Source: Thermoanaerobaculia bacterium (GTDB taxonomy: Bacteria; Acidobacteriota; Thermoanaerobaculia; UBA5066). From it: a stretch of 64,000 nt of DNA. Position 1 is the first letter of the stretch, and each line of letters starts with the position of its first letter. Both the position numbers and the translations under genes were made by a program. The DNA lies in the NCBI GenBank assembly GCA_963719225.1, contig CAVRAY010000001.1, forward strand, positions 1,248,001 through 1,312,000. Reading direction: 5' to 3'. The notes below the pieces were generated by a model, which ran no database searches, had not been told where the DNA came from, and saw only the letters and a program-made list of their open reading frames with translations. This document shows, in pieces, positions 20,507 to 30,717 of this stretch.

Positions 20507-21142
20507 ATGTACACGAACTTCTCCTTCCTCCCCCCGCCGCTCGCCGTGCTCGCCTTCCTCGGAACGGGCTTCCTGACGGCCGCTCTCCTCGCCGCGGCGG
20601 CGATCTTCGCCCTCGCGGGGCGCGCGCCGCTCGCGCGCCGGCTCCTCCTCGGTTCGACCGTGCTCCCGGCGGCCTATGCGGCCGCTCTCTTCGGCCTCGG
20701 GACTGCGGCGCGGGAGCGGACCGTCCCTCGCGGCGGCGAGAAGTTCTTCTGCGAGATCGACTGCCACGTCGGCTATTCGGTCGCCGCCTTCGTCGAATCG
20801 GCGGAGAGCGGCGGGCGGCGAGCCGTCGTGACGCTCCGGTCGCGTTTCGACGAGACCACGATCTCGCCGCGCCGCGGGAACGAGTCGCTCGTGCCGAATC
20901 CACGTTCCGCGGCTCTCGTCGACGCCCGGGGCCGCCGCTTCGTCGCCGAGCCCGCGGGGGTCGCAGCGCTGAAGGCCGCGCTCCGGCCGGGTGAGTCCTA
21001 CGCGACGGACCTCGTCTTCCGGATCCCGGAGGACGCGGGGGAAGTCAGGCTCTCTCTCGTGGAGGCGGATAACCTGGTTCGACTCCTCCTCGGCCACGAG
21101 CGCGCACCCCTGGCCGGTGAAACGCTCCTCGCCTTGAGGTGA
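20507..21142 (+). CDS. Hypothetical membrane-anchored protein
   Basis: GAGG RBS, two N-terminal TM helices, then a soluble beta-rich domain (FCEIDCH, LRPGESYATDLVF). Confidence 0.7.
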   Translation: MYTNFSFLPPPLAVLAFLGTGFLTAALLAAAAIFALAGRAPLARRLLLGSTVLPAAYAAALFGLGTAARERTVPRGGEKFFCEIDCHVGYSVAAFVESAESGGRRAVVTLRSRFDETTISPRRGNESLVPNPRSAALVDARGRRFVAEPAGVAALKAALRPGESYATDLVFRIPEDAGEVRLSLVEADNLVRLLLGHERAPLAGETLLALR

Positions 21143-21170
21143 CGGCGCCCCTGCTAATCTCCGGCGCGAT

Positions 21171-22949
21171 ATGCGCTGGTCCCAGTCGTTTCTCGTGACT
21201 CTCCGCGAGGTGCCCGGCGACGCCGAGGTCGTCTCGCATCAGCTCCTTTACCGCGCCGGGCTCATCCACAAGCTCGCGGCGGGCATCTATTCGTTCACGC
21301 CGTTCGGGTTCCGGTCGCTCAAGAAGATGATCGACATCGTGCGCGAGGAGATGGACTCCACCGGCGCGATGGAGGTCGACCTGCCCATCCTGCAGCCGAA
21401 GGAGCTGTGGGTGGAATCCGGCCGCTGGCAGCGCTACGTGGACGACGGAATCCTCTTTCACCTGGAGGACCGCAAGGGCGGCGAGTTCGCACTCGCGCCG
21501 ACGGCCGAGGAGGCCGTCACCGACATGGTGCGGCGCTCCGTCACGTCCTGGCGGCAGCTCCCGTTCAACCTGTACCAGATCCGCACGAAGTTCCGCGACG
21601 AGATCCGCCCACGCTTCGGTCTCCTGCGCGGCCGCGAGTTCCTCATGAAGGACGCGTACTCGTTCGACGTGGACCAGAAGGGCCTCGACGTGCATTACCG
21701 GAAGATGGACGCAGCGTACCGGCGCATCTTCGAACGCTGCAACCTCGAGTACGCCCTCGTGGAAGCCGACTCGGGCGCCATCGGCGGCTCCGCCTCGCAG
21801 GAGTTCATGGTCGTGGCGGACACGGGCGAGGACGCGCTCGTCTTCTCCGACGCGGGCGACTACGGCGCGAACGTGGAGAAGGCCGTCACGGCCCCGCTCC
21901 CCGAGCCGTGGGCGGGGGAGGAGGCGAAACCCTTCGGCTTGGCGAACGCGCCGACGCCGGGTCTTTATACCTGTGAGGACCAGGCGAAGCACTTCGGGAC
22001 GACGACGTCGCGCATCGTCAAGACGATGATCTTCGAATGGGTAAGAGGCGAGGACGAGGCCGGGATCGCCGCGGTTCTGATCCGTGGCGATCTCGACATC
22101 CAGGAAGTCAAGCTGCCGAAGGCGCTCGGCGTTTCGCACGTCAAGTTCGTTTCCGAAGAGATTCTCAGAATGGTATCGGGCACGCGCCCCGGTTTCGTCG
22201 GGCCGCTCGGTCTTCTTCCCTTCAAAGAAAATCCGATTCCCCTCTTCGTCGACCGTTCGCTCGAGCACGCCGTCAACGTGTGGTGCGGAGCGAACAAAGA
22301 CGGCCTCCACCATTCGAACGTCTCGATCTCGCGCGACGTCATGTCGCTGCCCGCGTTTTCCGGTGTCGTCGAGGTCGCGACCGCGCGCGAGGGCGATCCC
22401 TCGCCCACGGGCAAAGGCACGCTTCGGATCCGGCGCGGCATCGAGGTGGGCCACATCTTCAAGCTCGGCACGAAGTACTCCGAGGCGATGAAATGCGAGG
22501 TCGCCGACCAGGCCCAGAAGATGGTGCCTCTCACGATGGGCTGCTACGGGCTCGGCCTCGGCCGCACGGTGGCGGCGGCCATCGAGCAGAATCACGACGA
22601 GCTCGGCATCATCTGGCCGGTGCCGCTCGCGCCGTTTGCGTGCGTCGTCGCGGCGCTCCAGCGCGACGCTCCCGTCGTCGAGGCGGCGAGTGCGCTCTAC
22701 GAGGGCCTCAAGGCCGCGGGCGTGGAGGTTTTCTACGACGACCGCGACGAGAGGCCGGGCGTGAAGTTCAAGGACCTCGACCTCATCGGCTTCCCCGTGC
22801 GTGTCGTCGTGGGCGGCAAGGGCCTCGCGAAGGGCGTCGTCGAGGTCTCCACGCGCCGCGAGAGGAAGGCCGCCGAGATCGCGCCGGACCGCGTCGTGGA
22901 GCTCGTCACGAAGACGCTCGCGGCGGGGGCGAAGACGCTGGTGGGTTGA
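21171..22949 (+). CDS. proS: Proline--tRNA ligase (bacterial type with editing insertion)
   Basis: SHQLLYRAG, LAPTAEE, FRDEIRPRFGLLRGREFLMKDAYSF, GIEVGHIFKLG, MGCYGLG and DDRDERPGVKF motifs. Confidence 0.97.
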   Translation: MRWSQSFLVTLREVPGDAEVVSHQLLYRAGLIHKLAAGIYSFTPFGFRSLKKMIDIVREEMDSTGAMEVDLPILQPKELWVESGRWQRYVDDGILFHLEDRKGGEFALAPTAEEAVTDMVRRSVTSWRQLPFNLYQIRTKFRDEIRPRFGLLRGREFLMKDAYSFDVDQKGLDVHYRKMDAAYRRIFERCNLEYALVEADSGAIGGSASQEFMVVADTGEDALVFSDAGDYGANVEKAVTAPLPEPWAGEEAKPFGLANAPTPGLYTCEDQAKHFGTTTSRIVKTMIFEWVRGEDEAGIAAVLIRGDLDIQEVKLPKALGVSHVKFVSEEILRMVSGTRPGFVGPLGLLPFKENPIPLFVDRSLEHAVNVWCGANKDGLHHSNVSISRDVMSLPAFSGVVEVATAREGDPSPTGKGTLRIRRGIEVGHIFKLGTKYSEAMKCEVADQAQKMVPLTMGCYGLGLGRTVAAAIEQNHDELGIIWPVPLAPFACVVAALQRDAPVVEAASALYEGLKAAGVEVFYDDRDERPGVKFKDLDLIGFPVRVVVGGKGLAKGVVEVSTRRERKAAEIAPDRVVELVTKTLAAGAKTLVG

Positions 22950-22983
22950 TTGTGTGAGATCATGTGTAGGCATGGAGGGAGAC

Positions 22984-23184
22984 GTGCCTACGAATCTCGC
23001 GATCGACGACGGCCTTCTCGCCGAGGCGCTCAAGATCGGCGGCCTCAAGACGAAGAGGGAGACGGTCAATCAGGCGCTCGAAGACTTCATCCGGGCCCGA
23101 AAGCGGCTTAGCGCCCTGAAGCGTCTCGGGACGATCGAGTTCGCTCAGCGTTGGAACCACAAGGCGGATCGCCGGCGCCGGTGA
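22984..23184 (+). CDS. vapB: VapB-family antitoxin
   Basis: MPTNLAIDDGLLAEALKIGGLKTKRETVNQALEDFIR; GGAGG RBS; overlaps the PIN gene. Confidence 0.85.
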   Translation: MPTNLAIDDGLLAEALKIGGLKTKRETVNQALEDFIRARKRLSALKRLGTIEFAQRWNHKADRRRR

Positions 23185-23594
23185 TCGCTCTCGACACTTC
23201 GCTGCTTTCGGCGGTCTTCCGGAGGCGAAAGCCATCGAGGGGCCCGGAACCGCGGGAAGCGGAGCTCTTTCGGCGCCTCGTCGAGTCGGAAGAGCCCATG
23301 TTCGTCCCGGGCATCGTGCTGCAGGAGCTCCTGTCGGGCGCGCGCTCGGAGACGCAGCGTCGCCGCCTGGAGGAGATCCTGGAAGGTTTCGAAGTACGGA
23401 CCGCAGTGGTCGAAGATCACCGGCTGGCCGCGACGATCCGTGACGAGTGCCGCCGAAAAGGAATCACGGCTGCCGCAATCGACTGTCTCATCACCGCTCA
23501 GGCCATTCGCGCCGACGCCCATCTCTTCACGCTCGACCGGGACTTCGATCGCATTGCAGCCATCTCGAATCTGCGCCTTCTGAGAGAACCATGA
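23181..23594 (+). CDS. vapC: VapC-family PIN-domain toxin
   Basis: ALDTS, IVLQELLSG, IDCLITA and TLDRDF acidic PIN motifs. Confidence 0.9.
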   Translation: MIALDTSLLSAVFRRRKPSRGPEPREAELFRRLVESEEPMFVPGIVLQELLSGARSETQRRRLEEILEGFEVRTAVVEDHRLAATIRDECRRKGITAAAIDCLITAQAIRADAHLFTLDRDFDRIAAISNLRLLREP

Positions 23595-23764
23595 CGACCG
23601 CGGGCCTTTCGCTCACGGAGGATCGCCTTTCGGAAGCCGTCTCGGTCTCCACGGCGTGCCTCGAGTCCGGCACGGACGAGGACGCGGATACGGCGCTGAG
23701 AGGCGCGTTTCACGGATTTCGTCTCGAAATCGTGCTCCCCGCTCTCGTCGCTCGCCTTCGTTAG
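23591..23764 (+). CDS. Small hypothetical protein (57 aa)
   Basis: ATGA overlap with the vapC stop; no recognisable motif. Confidence 0.35.
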   Translation: MTTAGLSLTEDRLSEAVSVSTACLESGTDEDADTALRGAFHGFRLEIVLPALVARLR

Positions 23765-23833
23765 TACGTCCGCATCAATTCGGGGAGGGGGGCGCCATCC
23801 TAGAATCGCCGCGGGACTACGAAAGGAACACGC

Positions 23834-26089
23834 GTGAGCCTTTCCAAGCAGGATGCCCTCGACTATCACTCCACGGGCCGCAAGGGCAAGCTGGAGGTCA
23901 TTCCCTCCAAGCCGTGCGCCACGGCCCGCGACCTCTCTCTCGCCTACACGCCCGGAGTCGCCGACCCGTGCCTCGAGATCGCGCGGGACTCCGACCTCGT
24001 CTACGAGTACACGGGCAAGGGAAACCTCGTCGCCGTCATCTCGAACGGCACGGCCGTCCTCGGCCTGGGTGACATCGGCCCGCTCGCCGGGAAGCCCGTG
24101 ATGGAGGGGAAAGGCGTCCTCTTCAAGAGGTTCGCCGACGTCGATGTCTTCGACATCGAGATCGACGAAAAGGATCCGGACAAGCTCATCGAATGCATCG
24201 CCCGACTCGAACCGACGTTCGGCGGGATCAACCTCGAGGACATCAAGGCGCCGGAGTGCTTCTACATCGAAGAGAAGCTCAAGGCGCGGATGAAAATCCC
24301 CGTCTTCCACGACGACCAGCACGGCACGGCGATCATCTCCGCGGCCGCGTTCCTGAACGCGCTCGAGATCGCGGGCAAGAAGCTCGAGGACGTCAAGGTC
24401 GTCTTCGCGGGCGCCGGCGCGGCCGCGAACGCGTGCGCGAACCTCTACATCACGTACGGCGTGCGGCTCGAGAACATCCTCATGGTCGACCGGACGGGCG
24501 TGATCTGGAAGGGCCGGACGGAGAACATGAACCCCTACAAGGAGCGCTTCGCCCGCGACACGAAGAAGCGCACCGTCGCCGAGGCGCTCGAGGGCGCCGA
24601 CGCCTTCATCGGCGTTTCCGCGGCGAAGCTCATCACCGGAGAGATGATCAAGAAGATGGCGAAGGATCCGATCATCTTCGCCATGGCCAACCCGGTGCCG
24701 GAGATCTCCCCGGAGGAGGCGAAGGCCGCGCGTCCCGACGTGATCATGGCGACGGGCCGCTCGGATTATCCGAACCAGGTCAACAACGTCCTCGGCTTTC
24801 CGTTCATCTTCCGCGGAGCGCTCGACTGCCGCGCGACGCAGATCAACGAAGCGATGAAGCTGGCCGCCTCCAAAGCCCTCGCGGACCTCGCGAAGGAGGA
24901 CGTGCCCGACTCGGTCGCCCGCGCCTACGGCGTCGATCATTTCAAGTTCGGGCGCGAATACCTGATCCCGAAGCCGTTCGACTGGCGCGTGCTTCACCAC
25001 GTTGCGCCGGCCGTGGCCGCGGCGGCCGCCGCGACGGGAGTCGCGAAACAGCCCATCGCGGACCTCGAGGCGTACGGCCGGAAGCTCGAGGGCATGCTCT
25101 CGCGCTCCCGGTCCTTCATGCAGGTCATCCACGAGAAGGCGAAGTCGAACCCGAAGCGGATCGTCCTGGCTGAGGGCGATCACCCGAAGATCCAGCGAGC
25201 GGCCAAGATCCTCGCCGAGGAGGGAATCGCCTGGCCGATCCTCCTCTCGCGCGGGAAGAAGGCCGAGGCGGCGCTCGGCGTGCTCGACGTGAAGGCGCCG
25301 ATCACGGTCGTCGATCCGGAGGAGCATCCGCATTTCAAGAGCTACGTCGAGGCTTTCTGGGAAAAGCGGAAGCGCCACGGCGTGACGAAGGAAGACGCGG
25401 AGCACATGGTGCGCGTCCGGAACTTCTTCGCGGGGATGATGGTCGCCCAGGGAGACGCCGACGTCGCGCTCTCGGGCCTGACGACCTATTACCCGGAGAC
25501 GATCCGGCCGGCGCTTCTGACGATCGGCGTCGCGCCGGACGCGAAGAAGGTTTCGGGCCTCTACATTCTCATCCTGCAGGACCGGGTCTTCTTCTTTGCC
25601 GACACGACCGTCAACATCGATCCGACGGCGGAGGACCTCGCGGAGATCGCGATCCGTTCCGCGGACACCGCGAAGCTCTTCAACATCGTGCCGCGTGTGG
25701 CGATGATCGCTTTCTCCAACTTCGGCTCGACGCGCACGCCGGTCACCGACAAGGTGCGCGCGGCCGTGAAGCTCGTGCACGAGCGGCGGCCCGATCTCGA
25801 ATGTGACGGCGAGATGCAGGCCGACACCGCCGTCCTGCCGCAGTTCCTGACGGAGAATTACCCCTGGACCTCGCTCACGGGCGCGCCCAACGTCCTCGTC
25901 TTCCCGGAGCTCCAGAGCGCGAACGCGGCCTACAAGCTCGTCTGGCGTCTCGCGAAGGCGGAGGCGATCGGGCCGATCCTCATGGGGATGGGCAAGCCCG
26001 TGCACGTCCTCCAGCGCGGCGTCGAGGTCTCGGACATCGTCAACATGGCCGCTTTCGGCGTGGTGGACGCTCAGTCGCGGAAGGCGTGA
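23834..26089 (+). CDS. maeB: NADP-dependent malic enzyme with PTA-like C-terminal domain
   Basis: [57 protein letters not shown] and GPILMG motifs. Confidence 0.96.
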   Translation: MSLSKQDALDYHSTGRKGKLEVIPSKPCATARDLSLAYTPGVADPCLEIARDSDLVYEYTGKGNLVAVISNGTAVLGLGDIGPLAGKPVMEGKGVLFKRFADVDVFDIEIDEKDPDKLIECIARLEPTFGGINLEDIKAPECFYIEEKLKARMKIPVFHDDQHGTAIISAAAFLNALEIAGKKLEDVKVVFAGAGAAANACANLYITYGVRLENILMVDRTGVIWKGRTENMNPYKERFARDTKKRTVAEALEGADAFIGVSAAKLITGEMIKKMAKDPIIFAMANPVPEISPEEAKAARPDVIMATGRSDYPNQVNNVLGFPFIFRGALDCRATQINEAMKLAASKALADLAKEDVPDSVARAYGVDHFKFGREYLIPKPFDWRVLHHVAPAVAAAAAATGVAKQPIADLEAYGRKLEGMLSRSRSFMQVIHEKAKSNPKRIVLAEGDHPKIQRAAKILAEEGIAWPILLSRGKKAEAALGVLDVKAPITVVDPEEHPHFKSYVEAFWEKRKRHGVTKEDAEHMVRVRNFFAGMMVAQGDADVALSGLTTYYPETIRPALLTIGVAPDAKKVSGLYILILQDRVFFFADTTVNIDPTAEDLAEIAIRSADTAKLFNIVPRVAMIAFSNFGSTRTPVTDKVRAAVKLVHERRPDLECDGEMQADTAVLPQFLTENYPWTSLTGAPNVLVFPELQSANAAYKLVWRLAKAEAIGPILMGMGKPVHVLQRGVEVSDIVNMAAFGVVDAQSRKA

Positions 26090-26132
26090 TCCCGGGGCAC
26101 GCGGTTCGCCCGTCCGCTACGATGCGGGCCGC

Positions 26133-27479
26133 GTGGACATCCTCACGACAGGGTGCGGCCTCCTCGCCGCCTGGGCGGCCTTGCCCGCGCTCGATGCTTT
26201 CCTGAGGTGGCGGCGCCTCACGGCGCCGGGGGGCGCCCGAGCCCCCGAGGGCGCTCGCGCGCCCGGGAAGATCCTCGCTGTGATCCCGTCGCGCGCCGAG
26301 GGCGCGCGGGTGGGGGATCTCGCGGAGGATTTGAGGAGAGAAGGGGAGAGAAGAGAAGAGAAGATTTCTTCGAAGGTGAATGAGTCAGGGGATGCCGGCG
26401 ACGCCGCGCCGAAGGCTTCTCGCTCGGCCGTGGAGGTCTTGGTGCTTCTGGACGGCCCTGACCCAGACGCCGAGGCGCGACTCGCGCGCGAGGGCGTCAA
26501 ACACCTTTCTAAGAAATCCCCGGGCCCTTCCAAAGGCCACGCCCTCGCTTTTCTGGCAGAAAGCCTACGGGAGCGTCTGAACTCATATGACTTCATCCTC
26601 GTCTTCGACGCCGACATGCGCGTCGCCGACGGTTTCTTTTCCGGCCTGCGCGTGCCCGAAGGGGCCGAGGCCTTTCAGTTGCCGGTTCGCCCTTCGGGCG
26701 CTCCGGGGCCGGGAGCCCCGCGCGTCGAGGCTCTCTCTCTCGCGGAGGCACGACTGGATGACCTCGCGCGGGACGCGGACGGCCTGCCCGTCCGTCTGCG
26801 CGGAAAGGCCATGGGGTTCACCCCGAGCGCTTTCCGCTTCGGCCCGGCGGCGGCCACGCGGACGACGGCCGAGGATTCGGAGGCCACGCTCGCCCTCCTC
26901 GCGAGGGGTGTGACGGTGCACGCGCTCGACGGGCCCTGGGCGTTCGACGAGCCGTCCTCCGACACGGGCGCGATGGGCCGCTCCCGAGCGCGATGGTTCG
27001 GGGGGCACCTGAAGCTCCTCGCAACGGGGTTCGCCGACCTCCTGCGGCTCGCGGCGAGAAGCCCGAAGGGCGCGTTCGTTCTCGCGTGCGATCTCTGGCT
27101 GAGGCCGAGGATCTTTCTGCTCGGGACCCTCGCGTTTCTTGCGATCGGATCGGATCTGCTCATGGTGGTTTTTTCTTCGAGTGGCGCGTGGTCCGCCGCG
27201 GCGCGGGCAGGCGGCGAAGCCGCGACCGGGGGTGCAGCCGCGTCGGCGCAACCCTTCGCGCTCCTCGCTTGCCTCTTCGCTCTTTCACTTCTAGGAAAAT
27301 CTGCGTTGCTTTTCGAGTGGCTCTCGCTTGCCGCGCTTCGCCGGCACATCGGCTATCCCCCCGAGGTGCCCGCGGTCACCCTCGCCGATCTTCTCTCCTC
27401 GCTCTCGATGTGGGCGCGCGCGGCGGGGCGTGGTCTTCTCGCGCCGTCTGCTTGGCACCGGGCACGGCCGTCCGCGTGA
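26133..27479 (+). CDS. Glycosyltransferase family 2, membrane-bound
   Basis: SKGHAL, VFDAD (DxD), TAED, SRARW and C-terminal TM helices. Confidence 0.8.
   Translation: MDILTTGCGLLAAWAALPALDAFLRWRRLTAPGGARAPEGARAPGKILAVIPSRAEGARVGDLAEDLRREGERREEKISSKVNESGDAGDAAPKASRSAVEVLVLLDGPDPDAEARLAREGVKHLSKKSPGPSKGHALAFLAESLRERLNSYDFILVFDADMRVADGFFSGLRVPEGAEAFQLPVRPSGAPGPGAPRVEALSLAEARLDDLARDADGLPVRLRGKAMGFTPSAFRFGPAAATRTTAEDSEATLALLARGVTVHALDGPWAFDEPSSDTGAMGRSRARWFGGHLKLLATGFADLLRLAARSPKGAFVLACDLWLRPRIFLLGTLAFLAIGSDLLMVVFSSSGAWSAAARAGGEAATGGAAASAQPFALLACLFALSLLGKSALLFEWLSLAALRRHIGYPPEVPAVTLADLLSSLSMWARAAGRGLLAPSAWHRARPSA
26346..26520. repeat. Intragenic convergent motif pair
   Basis: Forward GAGAAGAGAAGAGAAGATTTCTTCGAAGGTGAA (ends 26380); reverse ACACCTTTCTAAGAAATCCC (26501-26520). 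Confidence 0.85.
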
Positions 27480-28630
27480 AAGCCGTCCTTCTGGTGCCCC
27501 GCCTTCCCGGAACGGGCTTCACGGGAGACCGCTTGCGGGCGGAGCTCCATCTTCAGGCGCTCGCGTCGGCGGGTTACGAGACGGCCCTGGTCGGCGGGGT
27601 CGCGGGAGAAGAGGAGATTCTTCGAGTGAAGGACGCGGCGGCCGTCCATTCCGTGCGGCTCCGTCGCACCCTGCTTCCGGTTGGGCTCGCGTCGGCGGCG
27701 GTTTCCGGCGAGCCGCTCCAATCCGCCCTTTTCAAAGGCGCTTTCGGACCTTGCCTTCGTGACGCCGCCCGCAATGCGGATCTCTTGGTCTGCCTCCTCC
27801 TTCCTCGCCTGCTCGCTCATCTCCGCTCATTCCCGCCCCTCCCTCGCGTGGTGGACTTCGTCGACGCCCTCGCCGAAGCGGCGCGTCAGGCGGCGCGAAA
27901 CGACCCGTCGCCCTGGCGTCGGGCGTACTGGATGGTCGAAGCCTCCCGCCTCGCGGTCGCCGAAGCTCGGGCGGCGCGGGGCGCAGCGGCTCTCCTCGCG
28001 ACGACCCCCTTCGACGCCGCGCATCTCCCGGCCGGCACGCGAGCCGTGGCAAATGGCGTGGCGCTTCTGCCCCCCGGAACCTCGGAGCGCGGGCCCCTCG
28101 TGGCCTTCACCGGGCGCCTCATGTACCGTCCGAATCGCCTGGCGGCGCGACGACTGATCCGCGACATCTGGCCGCGCGTCAGACGCGCCGTGCCGGACGC
28201 CCGTCTTCTCGTGGCCGGCGCCGACGCGCCCGCCGAGCTCCGCGCCTCGAACGGGCGGGAGGGCGTCGAAGTCGTGAGCCCGGTCCCCGCCATGGCCGAG
28301 CTCCTGAGGAGGGCGCGCGTCGTCGCGCTTCCCGTGGACCTGGGAACGGGCACGCCGAACAAGCTCTTCGAGGCGTTCGAAGCGGGCGCGGCCGTCGTGG
28401 CCTCCGCCGGAATCATCGCGCGCGCCAGCTCCCCGGATGCGCGCGCTCCGGCGCGCGCCGCCGCCACGGACGAGGAGTTCGCGCGCGAGATTGCGGACTA
28501 TCTCGGAGATCCCGGCCGCGCCGCACGCGACGGCGAGGCCGGTCGCGCCTTCGTCGAGGCGCACGCGGACCGCCGCGCCTCGGTCGCGGCTCTCGCGGCG
28601 GCCTACCGCGCGGCCGTGGAGGCCGCGTGA
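27476..28630 (+). CDS. Glycosyltransferase family 4
   Basis: GDRLRA, DFVDAL, FTGRLMYRPN and GTGTPNKLFEAFEAG motifs. Confidence 0.85.
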   Translation: MKAVLLVPRLPGTGFTGDRLRAELHLQALASAGYETALVGGVAGEEEILRVKDAAAVHSVRLRRTLLPVGLASAAVSGEPLQSALFKGAFGPCLRDAARNADLLVCLLLPRLLAHLRSFPPLPRVVDFVDALAEAARQAARNDPSPWRRAYWMVEASRLAVAEARAARGAAALLATTPFDAAHLPAGTRAVANGVALLPPGTSERGPLVAFTGRLMYRPNRLAARRLIRDIWPRVRRAVPDARLLVAGADAPAELRASNGREGVEVVSPVPAMAELLRRARVVALPVDLGTGTPNKLFEAFEAGAAVVASAGIIARASSPDARAPARAAATDEEFAREIADYLGDPGRAARDGEAGRAFVEAHADRRASVAALAAAYRAAVEAA

Positions 28631-29946
28631 GGCCCCGCGGCGAAAGACCGGGCCGGGGCTGGCTTCTCGCGGCCGGCGACGTCTGCGTCGCCGTGGGCGT
28701 CTTCGCGCTGATCGTCGAGGTTCGCCGCCTTCTCCCGCTGCCGGGGACCCTCGGAAAGCTGCCGGCCTCCAACGTGTCGCTGGAGGTTCCGTGGCTCGCG
28801 CTCGTGGGATTCGTGGCGATGGTCGCGCTCTGGCTCGGCGGCACGTACGACGAACCGCTCGCGTCGGTGAAGGAACGGGGCGGCCTGCTCGTCTCGGCGC
28901 TCGTCGCGGGCGGCCTGCTCCTCGCGGCGTACTTTTTCGCGGGCCGGGCCGTGCCGAGGACGGTCCTTCTCATTTACGTGCCCCTCCTCTCCTTCGCGCT
29001 CGGGCTCTGGCGCTCGCTCGCCGAGGTCCTCGCCCCCATCGGCACGCGCGCCGTTCTCGTGCTCGGCTCGGGAGAGGACGCCCGGCGCGCGGCCGAGGCC
29101 CTGCGCGCCGGCCAGATCACGGGCCACTCCCTCGCGGGCTGGAGCGAGAGCGCTTCGCTCGACGAGCTGAAGGACGCCGAGGACGTGATCTTCGCGTCCG
29201 ACCGTCCCGAGGATCGATCCAGGCTCGTCTCGCTCCTCGAGCGCAGCCTCGAGCACGACTTCGACCTCTGGGTTCTCCCCGGGCTCGCCGACATCGTCTC
29301 GTCCCGCGCCGTCACGAGGAGCCTCGCGGATCTCCCGCTTACTCCGGTCGTGACGCGCGGCGCGAGCGTCCTCGCGTTCGCGTGGCGCCGCATTCTCGAC
29401 CTCCTCGTCGGCGCCGTGCTTCTCGTCGCGGCGGCTCCGGTCCTTCTCCTCGTCACTCTCGCCGTCACGCTCGGCAGCCCCGGCGCTCCCTGGATCCGCC
29501 AGCGCAGGGTCGGCCTCGGAGGACGCGAGTTCCTCCTGTGGAAGGTGCGGACGATGCAGGCGGATGCGGAGGCCAGGACGGGGCCCACGCTGTCCGGCCT
29601 CGACGACGAACGGGTGACGCGCCTCGGCGCTTTCCTTCGGCGGACACGGCTCGACGAGCTTCCGCAGCTCCTGCACGTGGTGGGAGGCTCGATGAGCCTC
29701 ATCGGGCCGCGGCCCGAGCGTCCGGAATTCGTGGCGACATACGAGAGGGAGATTCCGGCCTATCGCCTGCGTCACGCGCTCAAGCCCGGCCTCACGGGCC
29801 TGGCGCAGGTCATGGGCGCTTATGCGACGAAGCCGGACGTCAAGCTGCGCTATGACCTCGGCTATCTGTTCCACTGGACGCCCTTCCTCGACGTCTTCAT
29901 CCTGCTGCGCACGATCGTCACGGTGCTGAAGGGGAGCGGGATCTAG
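28627..29946 (+). CDS. Polyprenyl-phosphate glycosylphosphotransferase (priming sugar transferase)
   Basis: N-terminal TMs; KVRTM, RVTRLGAFLRRTRLDELPQL, GSMSLIGPRPERP, KPGLTGLAQV. Confidence 0.92.
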   Translation: MRPRGERPGRGWLLAAGDVCVAVGVFALIVEVRRLLPLPGTLGKLPASNVSLEVPWLALVGFVAMVALWLGGTYDEPLASVKERGGLLVSALVAGGLLLAAYFFAGRAVPRTVLLIYVPLLSFALGLWRSLAEVLAPIGTRAVLVLGSGEDARRAAEALRAGQITGHSLAGWSESASLDELKDAEDVIFASDRPEDRSRLVSLLERSLEHDFDLWVLPGLADIVSSRAVTRSLADLPLTPVVTRGASVLAFAWRRILDLLVGAVLLVAAAPVLLLVTLAVTLGSPGAPWIRQRRVGLGGREFLLWKVRTMQADAEARTGPTLSGLDDERVTRLGAFLRRTRLDELPQLLHVVGGSMSLIGPRPERPEFVATYEREIPAYRLRHALKPGLTGLAQVMGAYATKPDVKLRYDLGYLFHWTPFLDVFILLRTIVTVLKGSGI

Positions 29947-29975
29947 ACTGGCGCCGGCTCTTGTAAGATTTGCGA

Positions 29976-29990
29976 TGGCCCCGGCATTGC
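29976..29990 (+). promoter_or_regulatory. sigma54 -24/-12 promoter candidate (pseudo-kinase/NtrC operon)
   Basis: TGGCCCCGGCATTGC (GG-N10-GC) in the intergenic gap. Confidence 0.55.
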
Positions 29991-30036
29991 ACCCCGGATC
30001 TCTACATGCGATCTCCGATTCCGCGAAAGGGCCGTC

Positions 30037-30717
30037 ATGGTGCGTGAGACCTTCGAGCAGCAGCGGCTGGGAGCGACTCTTCGCGCGTGCCGCGCGCTGC
30101 GGCACGAGTTCGCGACGCCCCTCTCGGCCGCGGCCCTCCATCTCGAGGTCGCGCGGCGCGCCGCAGCCCGCGCCGAAGAGGAAATCCCCGAGAAGCTGCG
30201 CGCCGGCCTCGAGACGGGCAAGGAGCAGCTCGACGAGGCGTCCCGTCTCCTGGAAGGCCTCACGGCCATCGGGAGCGCGCACGAAGGAGACCCCGGGCTC
30301 CTGGATTTCGCGGCGCTCGTGGCGCGCACGGGCCGGCTTCGCGTGCCCGAGCTGGAGCGGCAGGGGCTCACGCTGCAGAGCGCCGGACCTTCCGACGGTG
30401 CGCTCGTGGACGGATTCCTCGACGAGCTCGAGAGCGCGACCGGGGAGGCGCTCCTCACCGCGGCCCGCTGGTCCGCGCCGGGCAACGCCCGTCTCGAGAC
30501 GCGCCTCGCGGACGGGACCGTGTCGTTCTCGTTCCGGGTCCTGCTCGCGCGCGGCGCTCCCGGCGACATGCTTTTCAAGACGCGCAGCCGCCCGAACGCC
30601 GGGCTCGGCCCCTTCCTCGCGCGCTGGACCTTCGAGGCGCACGGGGGGCGGCTCGAGGGGGCCGAGGACGGAAAACACCTGACCGTGACAGGATCCCTGC
30701 CTCTGGTGAACGCATGA
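30037..30717 (+). CDS. Sensorless histidine-kinase-like protein (H-box intact, ATPase domain degenerate)
   Basis: ALRHEFATPLSAA H-box; GLGPFLAR and HGGRL remain, but no N-box Asn or DxGxG. Confidence 0.7.
   Translation: MVRETFEQQRLGATLRACRALRHEFATPLSAAALHLEVARRAAARAEEEIPEKLRAGLETGKEQLDEASRLLEGLTAIGSAHEGDPGLLDFAALVARTGRLRVPELERQGLTLQSAGPSDGALVDGFLDELESATGEALLTAARWSAPGNARLETRLADGTVSFSFRVLLARGAPGDMLFKTRSRPNAGLGPFLARWTFEAHGGRLEGAEDGKHLTVTGSLPLVNA

Noticed and set aside
29949-29965. TGGCGCCGGCTCTTGTA as a second sigma54 site
   Set aside because: It lacks GC at the required GG-N10-GC spacing.
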